This document shows positions 39,720 to 49,311 of a stretch of 64,000 nucleotides of DNA, one piece after another. The position numbers were made by a program, and so were the translations under genes. Origin of the DNA: Bacteroidota bacterium (lineage in GTDB: Bacteria > Bacteroidota > Bacteroidia > UKL13-3). Position 1 is the first letter of the stretch, and each line of letters begins with the position of its first letter. The notes beneath the pieces were generated by a model. It did not search any database and was not told the DNA's origin. It was given only the letters and a program-made list of their open reading frames with translations. The stretch covers positions 25,051 through 89,050 of the forward strand of contig JAUXUD010000104.1 in the NCBI GenBank assembly GCA_030680835.1. Reading direction: 5' to 3'.

Positions 39720-39790
39720 CGGGGTAGGATGCCCCGCAAGATACAGTGTTCCGAACAAGATGATTTCTGTTCTTGGAGGAACACTGTATC
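39720..39790. terminator. Compound stem-loop: small GC hairpin plus a perfect 13-bp inverted repeat directly after the CoiA-like gene
   Basis: cggggtaggatgccccg then GATACAGTGTTCC-N25-GGAACACTGTATC. No T-run, so it may be a recombination or operator site rather than a terminator. Confidence 0.4.
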
Positions 39791-39840
39791 TTGCTACCCA
39801 ATCCCATATTCGAATTTTATCTTTCAAATTTCTTCAACAT

Positions 39841-40212
39841 AATTTGTTCCGCAGGAACAGCAAATAGCATCTTTTACATCCATTTTGTTCCGGGGTAACA
39901 GCATTTACTGTTTTCCAAAACAGCTTTTTAAAATAAAAAGCATCCAATAAAAAACAATTCCGATGGAATTCATTTTGGATAACTTTCTTACAAATCATTT
40001 CCCAATATACTGACTATATTATTATGCATTTTAGTCATGCTGTTCACTAGCTGAACAGGCTCATTATCAGCATGAGCCATAATGTCCAAAACTTCTTAAA
40101 CGGCACTTTAGTTGACGAATTCATTTCGAATCTGAATATAAATTATTTAACCAATATGAGACTCATCTCATGTTAAACCCAATAACTATGAATTTAATTA
40201 AACTCTATTTTA
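39841..40212 (+). repeat. About 375 bp direct repeat, copy 1 (paralogous to 45468-45838)
   Basis: About 85-90% identity by eye. Contains palindromes TTGTTCC-gca-GGAACAA, CTGTTCA-ctagc-TGAACAG and GGCTCAT-N7-ATGAGCC. Confidence 0.8.
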
Positions 40213-40313
40213 CTATTTATTTTTATACCCAACACCATGAAGAAGAATTTCAACCGACTTGACAAGTTACCAAGGCTGATATAAGATTATTATAAATTCT
40301 TAAAATCCTACAT

Positions 40314-40772
40314 ATGAAAACACAAATTTTTGAAAAATTTATCACAATCAATTGTGATATAATTCCTGAAATTCCAGAAGTAATGTATGTTAAAAATCAT
40401 CAGAAAAGAGGCCTTATTGAATGGCCACCAAATGATGGTATGAAACTACTTCAACCAAATGATAAACCTACTAATGGCTTAGTGGATGGTGAAGATATAT
40501 GCAAGCACATTTCAAATTTAAAACTGAATGTTCTTAATGCTTGTGTTTTAGATTTTTTGATTATCAATCAAAAGTTAATTCCTAAAAATTGGAAAAAGAA
40601 AATACAAGGAGAATCAATAAGAATATTCTTTCCTGGTACAATATTTCGAAATACAGTTGGACATACTTTTATTAGATACATTTTTTTTGACAAAAAAGGG
40701 AAATGGCAAAAATGCTCCTTTGAAACTGGATCACTGTGGACTAAAAGAGATCACTTAATAGTGGTTAACTAG
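40314..40772 (+). CDS. Hypothetical protein
   Basis: 152-aa ORF downstream of repeat copy 1. Confidence 0.4.
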   Translation: MKTQIFEKFITINCDIIPEIPEVMYVKNHQKRGLIEWPPNDGMKLLQPNDKPTNGLVDGEDICKHISNLKLNVLNACVLDFLIINQKLIPKNWKKKIQGESIRIFFPGTIFRNTVGHTFIRYIFFDKKGKWQKCSFETGSLWTKRDHLIVVN

Positions 40773-40824
40773 TCCATTTTGTACCCATCTTTTACAGAGG
40801 GCTGAATAATTATTTCGGCCCTTT

Positions 40825-41433
40825 TTAATTTTTCTGAGGAACCGATTTGCTGAGAATAATCGTTACAAAAATAAAAGTAATTATTAATTGAATCATAGCA
40901 ATTGAGTTCCCAAAACTTGTCAATGGTTTAACTTCATCATAATTGGCAGCTAATGAATTGGATATGCTATACCAAATTGCATTTAATGAAGATGCGGAAT
41001 CCGGCCATGTAAAATCATTTGTATATGACACCCTATATAAATACGCAAATGTGAAATTTGAATACGCAATTGCAAGTAATAACATAATAAATCGTCTTCG
41101 AAGTCTATCATTTTCGAAAACACTGCTATTTAGTGACTCGTCCTTCCACAAATGATAAAAGAAGTATGTAAAAAGATTCATTATTATAAGATACCAAATT
41201 ATAATTATAGTAAACGTATTCGAAACATTAGAGTGCCATAGAATAATTACGAATAACCATTTGCAGAAGATATAAGTATCTGTTGCTGTTCTTGAATAAG
41301 TATTTATTGAATTTCGATTATTTTTATTAGGATTCAACTTTAGGCCAGCGCTTTTAAAACATTCGACCAAGTTAATTTTGTCCATGATATTAATAATCAA
41401 GTCAATAAACCAATATATAAACCCATTTCTCAT
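40825..41433 (-). CDS. Hypothetical membrane protein (5-6 TM)
   Basis: Hydrophobic 202-aa ORF 19 nt downstream of the 1136-aa gene. Confidence 0.45.
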   Translation of the reverse strand: MRNGFIYWFIDLIINIMDKINLVECFKSAGLKLNPNKNNRNSINTYSRTATDTYIFCKWLFVIILWHSNVSNTFTIIIIWYLIIMNLFTYFFYHLWKDESLNSSVFENDRLRRRFIMLLLAIAYSNFTFAYLYRVSYTNDFTWPDSASSLNAIWYSISNSLAANYDEVKPLTSFGNSIAMIQLIITFIFVTIILSKSVPQKN

Positions 41434-41451
41434 TTATTTAGTTATTATATT

Positions 41452-44400
41452 TTAAGTCAATCTTTTTTTCTTAATATGTTCTGATAAAACTTTAGCATCT
41501 CTTCTTGTTGCGATAGAGAATCGATCTTTCTGTCTTATGAATTCACTAATTGCTTCCTTAAATTCACCCTTTATTTGACCATTCGTATCAATAATATCAT
41601 CAATAAATTCACCTAGTTTTAAATCATACCCGGAAATTCTCTCATCACAAATGTGAACTATACTTTCCGCAACTTTATATGTCAGGTTTTTTAAGTCATC
41701 AAAACATGAATCATTTGTAATAAATAATACTACCCACTCATTATCAAATTTAAAACACCGTTCCTTCAATAGTTTATGAATCATAAATACTTCCCATAAA
41801 CATATTAAGGATCTGAAAGACTCATTAGAATATTCAATTAGGAATAGACCGTAAGTATTAATAACCTTCTTTATTTCATTCAATAAATTTAGTCTTAAGA
41901 TATATTGCTGTTGATCTTTTAATTTATTTTTATAAAAATAACATTCCAATTTTATTTCTGAAGATAATTTATTAATAATAAAGTCAAATATGCCCTCCCC
42001 GTTTAAATCAGTTGCGGATAGAAAGGATACTATTTCCTTTTCATTGTTAGCACATTTATGGAAGTTCAAAACATCTTTCTGTTTAATGAATTTAGAAAAA
42101 TAGGATAGTTTCATTGCATTACCTAAGGCCCATAAATCTCTCATCAACGTGGTAGTGTGTCTAAAGTGTTTTCTTCTTATCCAAGGTTTAAAAGTAAACA
42201 GCCCACCTCGTGGATCAAAAAAATAATCAATGTCGAAATCCTCAGAGGACTTTACGGGCTTGCCTGTTATTTCATCTCGAATTAGGACATTCAATTTACT
42301 ATTCTTCAAGTGGTCACAAAAGATTCGTTTAGTACAAACATGACTGAGATAATTTATCGCGTCATAATGAACCGACCTCTTATTTTTCACATATCCAGAA
42401 AGAATATCCTCAAACTTTTCTACATCATCATTTAACCCAATTTGGTCAACAATTCTTAAGGTACTGCTTAACGATTCCCAAAGGTTATTGATCATTTCGA
42501 TTCTCTGTTGTTCCATAGAATTATAAAATACATCTATGTGCAAAGTATATTTGTCTAAATTAATTCCCTTTATATAGTTGTTCAAACTTAATTGGAATTC
42601 TGATGATATTCCGTTCAAGTCAAGTATTAGAGCGACGTTTCTCATCCTAATATAGTGAAACTCAATTACTGAATGATTCAATTGCCTTGGGGTCGAATAG
42701 CTATCGTTAATTTGAAAAGTGTTATGAAAATGCCATTTGATAAATGATTCAAAATCTCTTCGATAACCTGTTATAAATGTAAGCATGTCTACGATAAAAT
42801 ATCGGTAAATGTCACTTGCCTGTTCTTTGTCAATTATTTTGGAAAGATTTAAATCATCGTTAATTTGTATATGACGAAGTGCCCGATATAAGTCTGATGA
42901 GGAACTGAATCTACTTACATATTGATTCGCGGCTTCATGTGCAAGAATTGAAAAGAATATTTCAGGTTGATAAAGATGATTGTAATTAAGCCTTACTGCA
43001 TATTGAGTTGACGTTACATTTGAGTCAACTGAAACATATGTAAACCCTCCTGGTCCACCAATTACATTAGAATATATCTTATATGCTGCATCATATGAAC
43101 TAACTAACTGATGAATGCCTCCTTTGAATTCCAGATTGTGATCTGTAATCTCAAATAAAGAATGACTTTGTTGAAATCGATTAATATAAGCCATCTGAAG
43201 TTCATCAGTATTGAGGTAGAGGATATTTTGAAATGCCTTTAGAGTAATTGGTTTTGCTTTGCAATTTGAATAATCGATGATATAGTTATATAATTTTTCA
43301 AATCCGGGGCGCAATTCTATAAAATAAGAATACATAATGTGATCTCTTATACTCTCATTAAAATTTGCGAATAGATTATGAATTTTTGATGTGAGTATTT
43401 TGGAAACTCCAATTTTTTTGAAATGTGCCCGCAAGTTGTCAAATTCATCTTGCGTGAATTGCATGTAGTTCAATCTATGATGGATACGTTTATAGCCCTT
43501 GGCCACAACTCCAATGTTGTCAGAATTACTGTCAAATTCTATTTCAGGAATAGAGAATGTATTCTCGGTGTAAAATTGATCCTTATTTATTTGTTTATTT
43601 AATATTATGGAATGAATTACTCTAGCTACAGTTTTTCTACTACTTAGTTTCCGGTAAATTTTTGAAAATTCTCCAGGACCGTAAGTATGACTTTTAATTT
43701 GAGATCCTTTGCCTTTATTTAAAAGATTAATTACAGTTTTTGAATGCCCAGGTTTAACAAACCAACGTTGGAGCAATTTTATTCCTTCGTCTGAATCGAG
43801 TATGCTGGAATTTAGGTTATTCAATACCTGATTATATGTTTTACAACCCTCAATCTGCATATTCTTCAATAATTGACAGTCAAATCCAAGATTAAAAACG
43901 GCTTTTGAAAATATATTTATTCCGTTAATATCTCTCATTCCACATTTGTACCATAATGTTTCTCGGTACATTTTTTTGTCCACCTTAATTTCTGAAATAT
44001 CAAATATATCCTTCAATGTTAGGTTCTTAACCCTTTGTAAAATATTAGCGATAGACTTGTAACTATCACTAAATAGAACTAATTGTAGTTCATGCCAAGA
44101 GGTCGTTTCTAATAGCATAAATCTTGTTGATTTATCGCTCTGCCCCTTATAGTGATCGCAGTACTTTTCGATCGCAAATTGAATTAATTTAAATAATTCG
44201 AAGGAATTACCAATTTTCAACAAGTTATTAATTTTTAATGATGCCAATCCGATTAATGGATTATCTAATGGATGAATAGCACTGTTTTCTTTAAATAAAT
44301 TAACACCTTGAATATTTTTATATATTTTCTCTTCCGGGTCTTCCACTAAAAAACTATATAAGTTATAATCTCTCTCTTCCTTTTTTTTATCGTCCTCTTC

Positions 44401-44862
44401 TCTTAGATGAGGCATTATTCCAGTCAAAATTTGATACCGAAAAGATTTCTCAATATAGGGAGTAATGTCTTCATCTGATTTTGCTTTTGGTGAGAATGGA
44501 TGAAAATAATGGTCCGCAAATTCAAAATCTTCAATCAAAGACAATACTACAATATCCCATTTCCCCATGAGGCAAAAAGCTCTTGGAACGTAAAAGCCAT
44601 TTATAAATTGCCTTTTTAAAGTTTTATAATCACAACCATCAGGTAAATCTGCACTTTCAAAATAATTTCTATGTATACCATCTTCATCCCAATCATATAA
44701 ATGATTACTCAATTCTGTTTTATAATTCTTAAAGGTTTTTACAATTTCGTTTTCGAATAATTCCACAGCGTTCTCATAAGAAGTGCTAATGAAACCAAAA
44801 AAAAGTCCTAAATTTTCATGAGTGTATATTATTTTTGCCATGGGTAGATAAATTGTGTGCAA
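41452..44862 (-). CDS. Large orphan protein (1136 aa), no recognisable motif
   Basis: Uninterrupted 3.4 kb ORF. No P-loop, no HExxH, no obvious repeats. Confidence 0.55.
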   Translation of the reverse strand: MHTIYLPMAKIIYTHENLGLFFGFISTSYENAVELFENEIVKTFKNYKTELSNHLYDWDEDGIHRNYFESADLPDGCDYKTLKRQFINGFYVPRAFCLMGKWDIVVLSLIEDFEFADHYFHPFSPKAKSDEDITPYIEKSFRYQILTGIMPHLREEDDKKKEERDYNLYSFLVEDPEEKIYKNIQGVNLFKENSAIHPLDNPLIGLASLKINNLLKIGNSFELFKLIQFAIEKYCDHYKGQSDKSTRFMLLETTSWHELQLVLFSDSYKSIANILQRVKNLTLKDIFDISEIKVDKKMYRETLWYKCGMRDINGINIFSKAVFNLGFDCQLLKNMQIEGCKTYNQVLNNLNSSILDSDEGIKLLQRWFVKPGHSKTVINLLNKGKGSQIKSHTYGPGEFSKIYRKLSSRKTVARVIHSIILNKQINKDQFYTENTFSIPEIEFDSNSDNIGVVAKGYKRIHHRLNYMQFTQDEFDNLRAHFKKIGVSKILTSKIHNLFANFNESIRDHIMYSYFIELRPGFEKLYNYIIDYSNCKAKPITLKAFQNILYLNTDELQMAYINRFQQSHSLFEITDHNLEFKGGIHQLVSSYDAAYKIYSNVIGGPGGFTYVSVDSNVTSTQYAVRLNYNHLYQPEIFFSILAHEAANQYVSRFSSSSDLYRALRHIQINDDLNLSKIIDKEQASDIYRYFIVDMLTFITGYRRDFESFIKWHFHNTFQINDSYSTPRQLNHSVIEFHYIRMRNVALILDLNGISSEFQLSLNNYIKGINLDKYTLHIDVFYNSMEQQRIEMINNLWESLSSTLRIVDQIGLNDDVEKFEDILSGYVKNKRSVHYDAINYLSHVCTKRIFCDHLKNSKLNVLIRDEITGKPVKSSEDFDIDYFFDPRGGLFTFKPWIRRKHFRHTTTLMRDLWALGNAMKLSYFSKFIKQKDVLNFHKCANNEKEIVSFLSATDLNGEGIFDFIINKLSSEIKLECYFYKNKLKDQQQYILRLNLLNEIKKVINTYGLFLIEYSNESFRSLICLWEVFMIHKLLKERCFKFDNEWVVLFITNDSCFDDLKNLTYKVAESIVHICDERISGYDLKLGEFIDDIIDTNGQIKGEFKEAISEFIRQKDRFSIATRRDAKVLSEHIKKKRLT

Positions 44863-45002
44863 TAAAATATTTGTAAAGTCATTGCAATTATATAAAATTT
44901 ATTAATTTTACACTTCATTTAATAATAAAATGGTGATTTACTGCGTTTTATCGATATTTAATAACTATTTTGACCCGCTAAATTTCAAAAATCAAATTTT
45001 TT

Positions 45003-45425
45003 ATGCAAAAATTAATAGAATCCATACAAATTGGTGACATTCGTGTTAAAACTAAGGATTTACGACAATCACCAATTGTAAGTGTTAAAGAAAACCTTAC
45101 TGATTTATTAACAATAATGGAATTTTTGTATTCAAAAGCAAAAGAAAAAAAGAAAAAGAACCCAGAAATAAGAACATTATCCATGCTACATAATTTATTT
45201 TCATGGCCATTGAGTGATCTCAAGAATAATGTAAAGGATAGCAGTGGACTAGATGTATTTCCAAAATATCTAAATTATCGTAATAAAATTACGAATACTG
45301 AAATGAAAGAACAAAGCACAATACTAAACTCTATCAAAATAAAAAGGCCAAATGACAGACTGATTTCTGGTAAAGATTCAAAATATCTTTCTAGGCGATT
45401 CGGCTTTCAGCCAGACTTTGATTAG
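45003..45425 (+). CDS. Hypothetical protein
   Basis: 140-aa ORF upstream of repeat copy 2. Confidence 0.35.
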   Translation: MQKLIESIQIGDIRVKTKDLRQSPIVSVKENLTDLLTIMEFLYSKAKEKKKKNPEIRTLSMLHNLFSWPLSDLKNNVKDSSGLDVFPKYLNYRNKITNTEMKEQSTILNSIKIKRPNDRLISGKDSKYLSRRFGFQPDFD

Positions 45426-45467
45426 CGGTATTCCGATTCTAGCTTTAACCATTTATTAATTGGTCTT

Positions 45468-45838
45468 ATTTTGTTCCGCAGGAACAACAAACTACATTTA
45501 TTACATCCATTTTGTTCCGGAGTAATTGCATTAACTGTTTTACAAAACAGCTTTTTAAAATAAGCTACATCCAATAAAAAATAATTCCAACGGAATTCAT
45601 TTTAGATAACTCTTTTACAGATAATTTACCGATATACTGACAATATTATTATACACTTCTGTCATGCTGTTCACTAGCTGAACAGGCTCATAATCAGCAT
45701 TAGCCATAATGTCCAAAACTTTTTAAATGGCACTTTAGTTGAAGAATTTATTTCGATTCTGAATACAAATTTTTTAACCAATCATGAGCTTCATCTCGTG
45801 TTAAACCCAATAACTATGAATTTAATTAAACTATTTTT
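45468..45838 (+). repeat. About 375 bp direct repeat, copy 2, candidate oriT/operator region upstream of the mobilisation genes
   Basis: Same palindromes as copy 1 (TTGTTCCGCAGGAACAA at 45471-45487, CTGTTCACTAGCTGAACAG at 45667-45685). Ends about 115 bp before the coupling-protein gene. Confidence 0.8.
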
Positions 45839-45952
45839 TAAGTACCTATTTCTAATCGCATTTACTGCCTTTGAGATGTTAGGCGAAATTTTCTTGTTCA
45901 TTGTTAAGGCAATTAAAACAGGCCTTGAAAAAACTAATAAATAAACAGCGAT

Positions 45953-47428
45953 ATGAATAACCTCACATTATTTTTTCAGGGATTCGGTAGAATCACCTGG
46001 ATCTGCATTACATATTTTGCAAATGGAGTGTTCTGGATACTCACCTCTATTTTTGAAGCAATAGAAAACGGTTTAAATAGTTCAATACCTAAAAAAGAAG
46101 GTTTCGATGCAGATTTTTTATCTCAAGGCGAATTATTGAGTTCATTTAATAAAGGGTTTACCGTAACCGGTGCTAAATCTTTAACTGAAAAGGATAGCCA
46201 TCAACATGTTTTAGTAATTGGGGGTTCAGGATCAGGTAAAAGTACCGTTGTAATTATTCCTTCAATTTTTTCACTCGCAAAACACGGGCATAGTCAATGC
46301 ATCCATGATCCATCGGGTGAACTTTATAATGCTACAGCTGGCTATTTAAGAAGTCTGGAATATGATGTACTGGTATTGGATTATAATAGGCCTGAAATGT
46401 CAGATGGATATAATCCACTTGAAAGAATTAAAACCGGATCGGACATTTTCAAAACTGCAACAACCTTGGTGCAAAACAGTATGGGCAAATCTGGAACAGA
46501 TGCCTTTTGGAATTCACAAGCGGTAAGCTTCATTTCCCTAATGATTACCATTCTTAAAAAACAGAGTGCTAAATACCAAACATTAACTAATGTACGACAC
46601 CTGGTGAATTCCTTTTTAAGCGAACCGGAAATGATGGATAGATTGGTAGCCGGTTGCTGTGATCCGGCCATTCTTAAGGAATACAAATCATTTCTAACAA
46701 CCGAAAAGAAAGTGATGGCGAATGTCATCAGCACCTGCCGGAGTTCATTACAATTGTTCGCTGACGAATCAATTCAACTGGTTACTTCCGAGGACTCCAT
46801 CAATTTTAACAAATTCCGTGAGAAGAAAACCGCATTGTTCATAATGAACAAAACGGCTGATCTCTCATATTACGCACCCCTCAGTTCAACTTTTTTCCTT
46901 CAATTCTTCAATTTCATCATGTCCCAGCCGGTACCTGACAAAAAAACTCGCAGCATTTTCTTCCTTATCGATGAAATGTCCAGCCTATTCCTCCCAACGA
47001 CCATGCAAATCGCTTTATCAAATTTACGTAAGTACCGTTGCGGGATAATGGGAATTATCCAGGACTGTAACCAGTTGGAGCACCTCTACGGCAAAAATGA
47101 AGCCGGTGCCATCCTCTCTAACTGCTACTGCAAGGTTTACTTCCCCGGACAGCCAATTGATACAGCCCGTGAGCTTGAATCCATGCTCGGTAAACGTGAA
47201 TACGAAGATGATGATGGCAAAAAACGCACCAGAGCCCTTTTAACAGCGGATGAAATTAGGGTAATTGATAAGGAGCATGCTTTGATATTTTGTGGCCCAA
47301 ATAGAGCCATATACGCATATATGAAGCCCTTTTACAAAAACTATCGGTATAACGGCCATGCTAAGTTACCAATTGCAAATATGAACCGGAATATCCTTCA
47401 AACTAATGTCCACCTTATCGGCTCATAA
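45953..47428 (+). CDS. Type IV coupling protein (VirD4/TraG/MobC-like) ATPase
   Basis: Walker A VLVIGGSGSGKST, Walker B FFLIDEMSSLF. Size and position next to the relaxase. Confidence 0.7.
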   Translation: MNNLTLFFQGFGRITWICITYFANGVFWILTSIFEAIENGLNSSIPKKEGFDADFLSQGELLSSFNKGFTVTGAKSLTEKDSHQHVLVIGGSGSGKSTVVIIPSIFSLAKHGHSQCIHDPSGELYNATAGYLRSLEYDVLVLDYNRPEMSDGYNPLERIKTGSDIFKTATTLVQNSMGKSGTDAFWNSQAVSFISLMITILKKQSAKYQTLTNVRHLVNSFLSEPEMMDRLVAGCCDPAILKEYKSFLTTEKKVMANVISTCRSSLQLFADESIQLVTSEDSINFNKFREKKTALFIMNKTADLSYYAPLSSTFFLQFFNFIMSQPVPDKKTRSIFFLIDEMSSLFLPTTMQIALSNLRKYRCGIMGIIQDCNQLEHLYGKNEAGAILSNCYCKVYFPGQPIDTARELESMLGKREYEDDDGKKRTRALLTADEIRVIDKEHALIFCGPNRAIYAYMKPFYKNYRYNGHAKLPIANMNRNILQTNVHLIGS

Positions 47429-47433
47429 AAATT

Positions 47434-47862
47434 ATGGCAAAACCTAAGAGCAAGGCATTGTATGAGTATCTGTTATATGCCGGAGTACTAAACAGTACTC
47501 CGGATGAAATTGCTTTGGCTAAGGTTGCCTACCGGAAAGCATACCTATTAAATTGGAAAGAAAAGAAGGCTCCACTGATTAAAGAAATTAGAATTGTTTG
47601 TTCACTGAAAGAATACAAAGACGTTAAAGTTTTCTCAAATAACCTCGGTAAATCTCCAACAGCATTTACCAAATCCCTACTTCTTTCATTTATCACCCAA
47701 CATTCCATGTTACCGAATCAGCAACAACTGGAATCCATTTATCAAAAGATTGGATTGATTATCAATCAAAGTCTGAAAGATAAATCAAATCTTAACCTGA
47801 TCGAAAAACTGATAACGATTGAGGAGGAGTTGAAAGAATATCTTAAATCCAATTCAAAATGA
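47434..47862 (+). CDS. Small mobilisation accessory protein, hypothetical
   Basis: 142-aa ORF between coupling protein and relaxase. Its end overlaps the relaxase start by 4 nt. Confidence 0.4.
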   Translation: MAKPKSKALYEYLLYAGVLNSTPDEIALAKVAYRKAYLLNWKEKKAPLIKEIRIVCSLKEYKDVKVFSNNLGKSPTAFTKSLLLSFITQHSMLPNQQQLESIYQKIGLIINQSLKDKSNLNLIEKLITIEEELKEYLKSNSK

Positions 47863-48707
47863 TATACAAAGTAATGACACGCAGTACACCAACATATAAA
47901 GGACTTATTGAGTATATTCTAAATGAATCCAAAACTCCTGATAGTCATATTTTCACTCATAACCTGCGTTCAAAGAAGCGGGACGTAAAGAATATAACCA
48001 AAGAGTTCATTGAAAACGAATCATACCGAAAATATTCCCGCAGTGATCAGGTGTTTTTAAACCATGAGATTATAAGCTTTAGTAACATGGATTCTGTAAA
48101 GATTCAACCTGCCATGATCCAAGATATTATGAATCGGTATATTTCATTAAGAGGTGAAAATGGTGTTTACCTGGCCAGTGTCCACCAAGATACCAGCCAA
48201 ATACACGTACACATCATGGTATCTGGTTTACAGTACCGGTCAGGCCGTTCCTTTTATATCCCGAAAGACAAATTATTTAAACTTAAGAAAGATTTACAGG
48301 AATATCAAAAAGAGAAATACCCTGAAATTTCTTATAGCCTGCCGAATCATGGTTCCAAAAGAGAATATGTAACCGACCGGAAATGGTTTGCTAAACACAA
48401 AGAAGATAGAAGTATTGAAAAGGTAATTCTGCAGAAAACCATTAAAGAAGCGTTTGAAATATCCTCAACCCAAAAGGAATTTTTAAACCTGCTGGCTAAA
48501 CAAAACCTCCATTACTATGAAAGGAGTGGAAGTCCTGCCGGTATAATTTCCGGCAATTCCAAATTTCGCTTTTCAAGATTGGGTATATCAAAAGAACTAT
48601 TCAACGACCTACCGTTTGATTTTACCGAAGAAAGCCAGGCTTTAAAAGAAATTGAATTGATCAGGAAATCAAGAAATGTCAATACAAATATTGAAATGGA
48701 ACGATAA
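47859..48707 (+). CDS. Relaxase/mobilisation nuclease (MobB-like)
   Basis: Relaxase motif III HxDxxxxHxH in LASVHQDTSQIHVHIMVSG. N-terminal Tyr-containing region. Confidence 0.75.
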   Translation: MIYKVMTRSTPTYKGLIEYILNESKTPDSHIFTHNLRSKKRDVKNITKEFIENESYRKYSRSDQVFLNHEIISFSNMDSVKIQPAMIQDIMNRYISLRGENGVYLASVHQDTSQIHVHIMVSGLQYRSGRSFYIPKDKLFKLKKDLQEYQKEKYPEISYSLPNHGSKREYVTDRKWFAKHKEDRSIEKVILQKTIKEAFEISSTQKEFLNLLAKQNLHYYERSGSPAGIISGNSKFRFSRLGISKELFNDLPFDFTEESQALKEIELIRKSRNVNTNIEMER

Positions 48708-49299
48708 CAAAAAAATAATTAATCCAAATACAACAATGAATAACAACACAAATGTTGAAACCACCCAGGCTGTGGCTGACAACAAATCAAAAACAACTCC
48801 GATCATTGAACCGGATGTAAAATCAACTCCCTCACCTGATGCACCAGTCGTTAAGAAAAGACCGATTGAGATTGCCAGGGATTTACTTAAAGCACAATCA
48901 GTAGTAGTAAGAAGCCAGGTTGAATCTGGCCAGTTTGAAACTATTAATGATGCAATTATTGAAACCAAATATAAGGATGGAAAAAATCAGGAATTCAAAA
49001 GTTACCGGCAATGGAAAAAAGAAGGGTATCAAGTCAGAAAGGGCGAAAAAGCCTTCCTGTTATGGGGTAAACCTAAAGAAAATACTAATTCCAAAATTGA
49101 ATCGGAACAAAAAAATACCGGCAAGGATAGTCCAGACGAGCATGATCCATTCTTCCCGATTGCATTTGTCTTCTCCAACGCCCAGGTTAACCCTAAGGAA
49201 ATCCAGTTGGAACCAGAAGTAAATGCAACAGTTAATGAGCTTGTCAATATCCGGCACAAGAAACAGGATAGAGATTTACAAAACGAAATGACAAGATAA
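48676..49299 (+). CDS. Protein with ArdC-N-like ssDNA-binding motif
   Basis: SYRQWKKEGYQVRKGEKAFLLWGKP parallels the ...G..VKKGEK... motif of the two ArdC-like genes. Confidence 0.4.
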   Translation: MSIQILKWNDNKKIINPNTTMNNNTNVETTQAVADNKSKTTPIIEPDVKSTPSPDAPVVKKRPIEIARDLLKAQSVVVRSQVESGQFETINDAIIETKYKDGKNQEFKSYRQWKKEGYQVRKGEKAFLLWGKPKENTNSKIESEQKNTGKDSPDEHDPFFPIAFVFSNAQVNPKEIQLEPEVNATVNELVNIRHKKQDRDLQNEMTR

Positions 49300-49311
49300 A
49301 TAATAAAGAAT

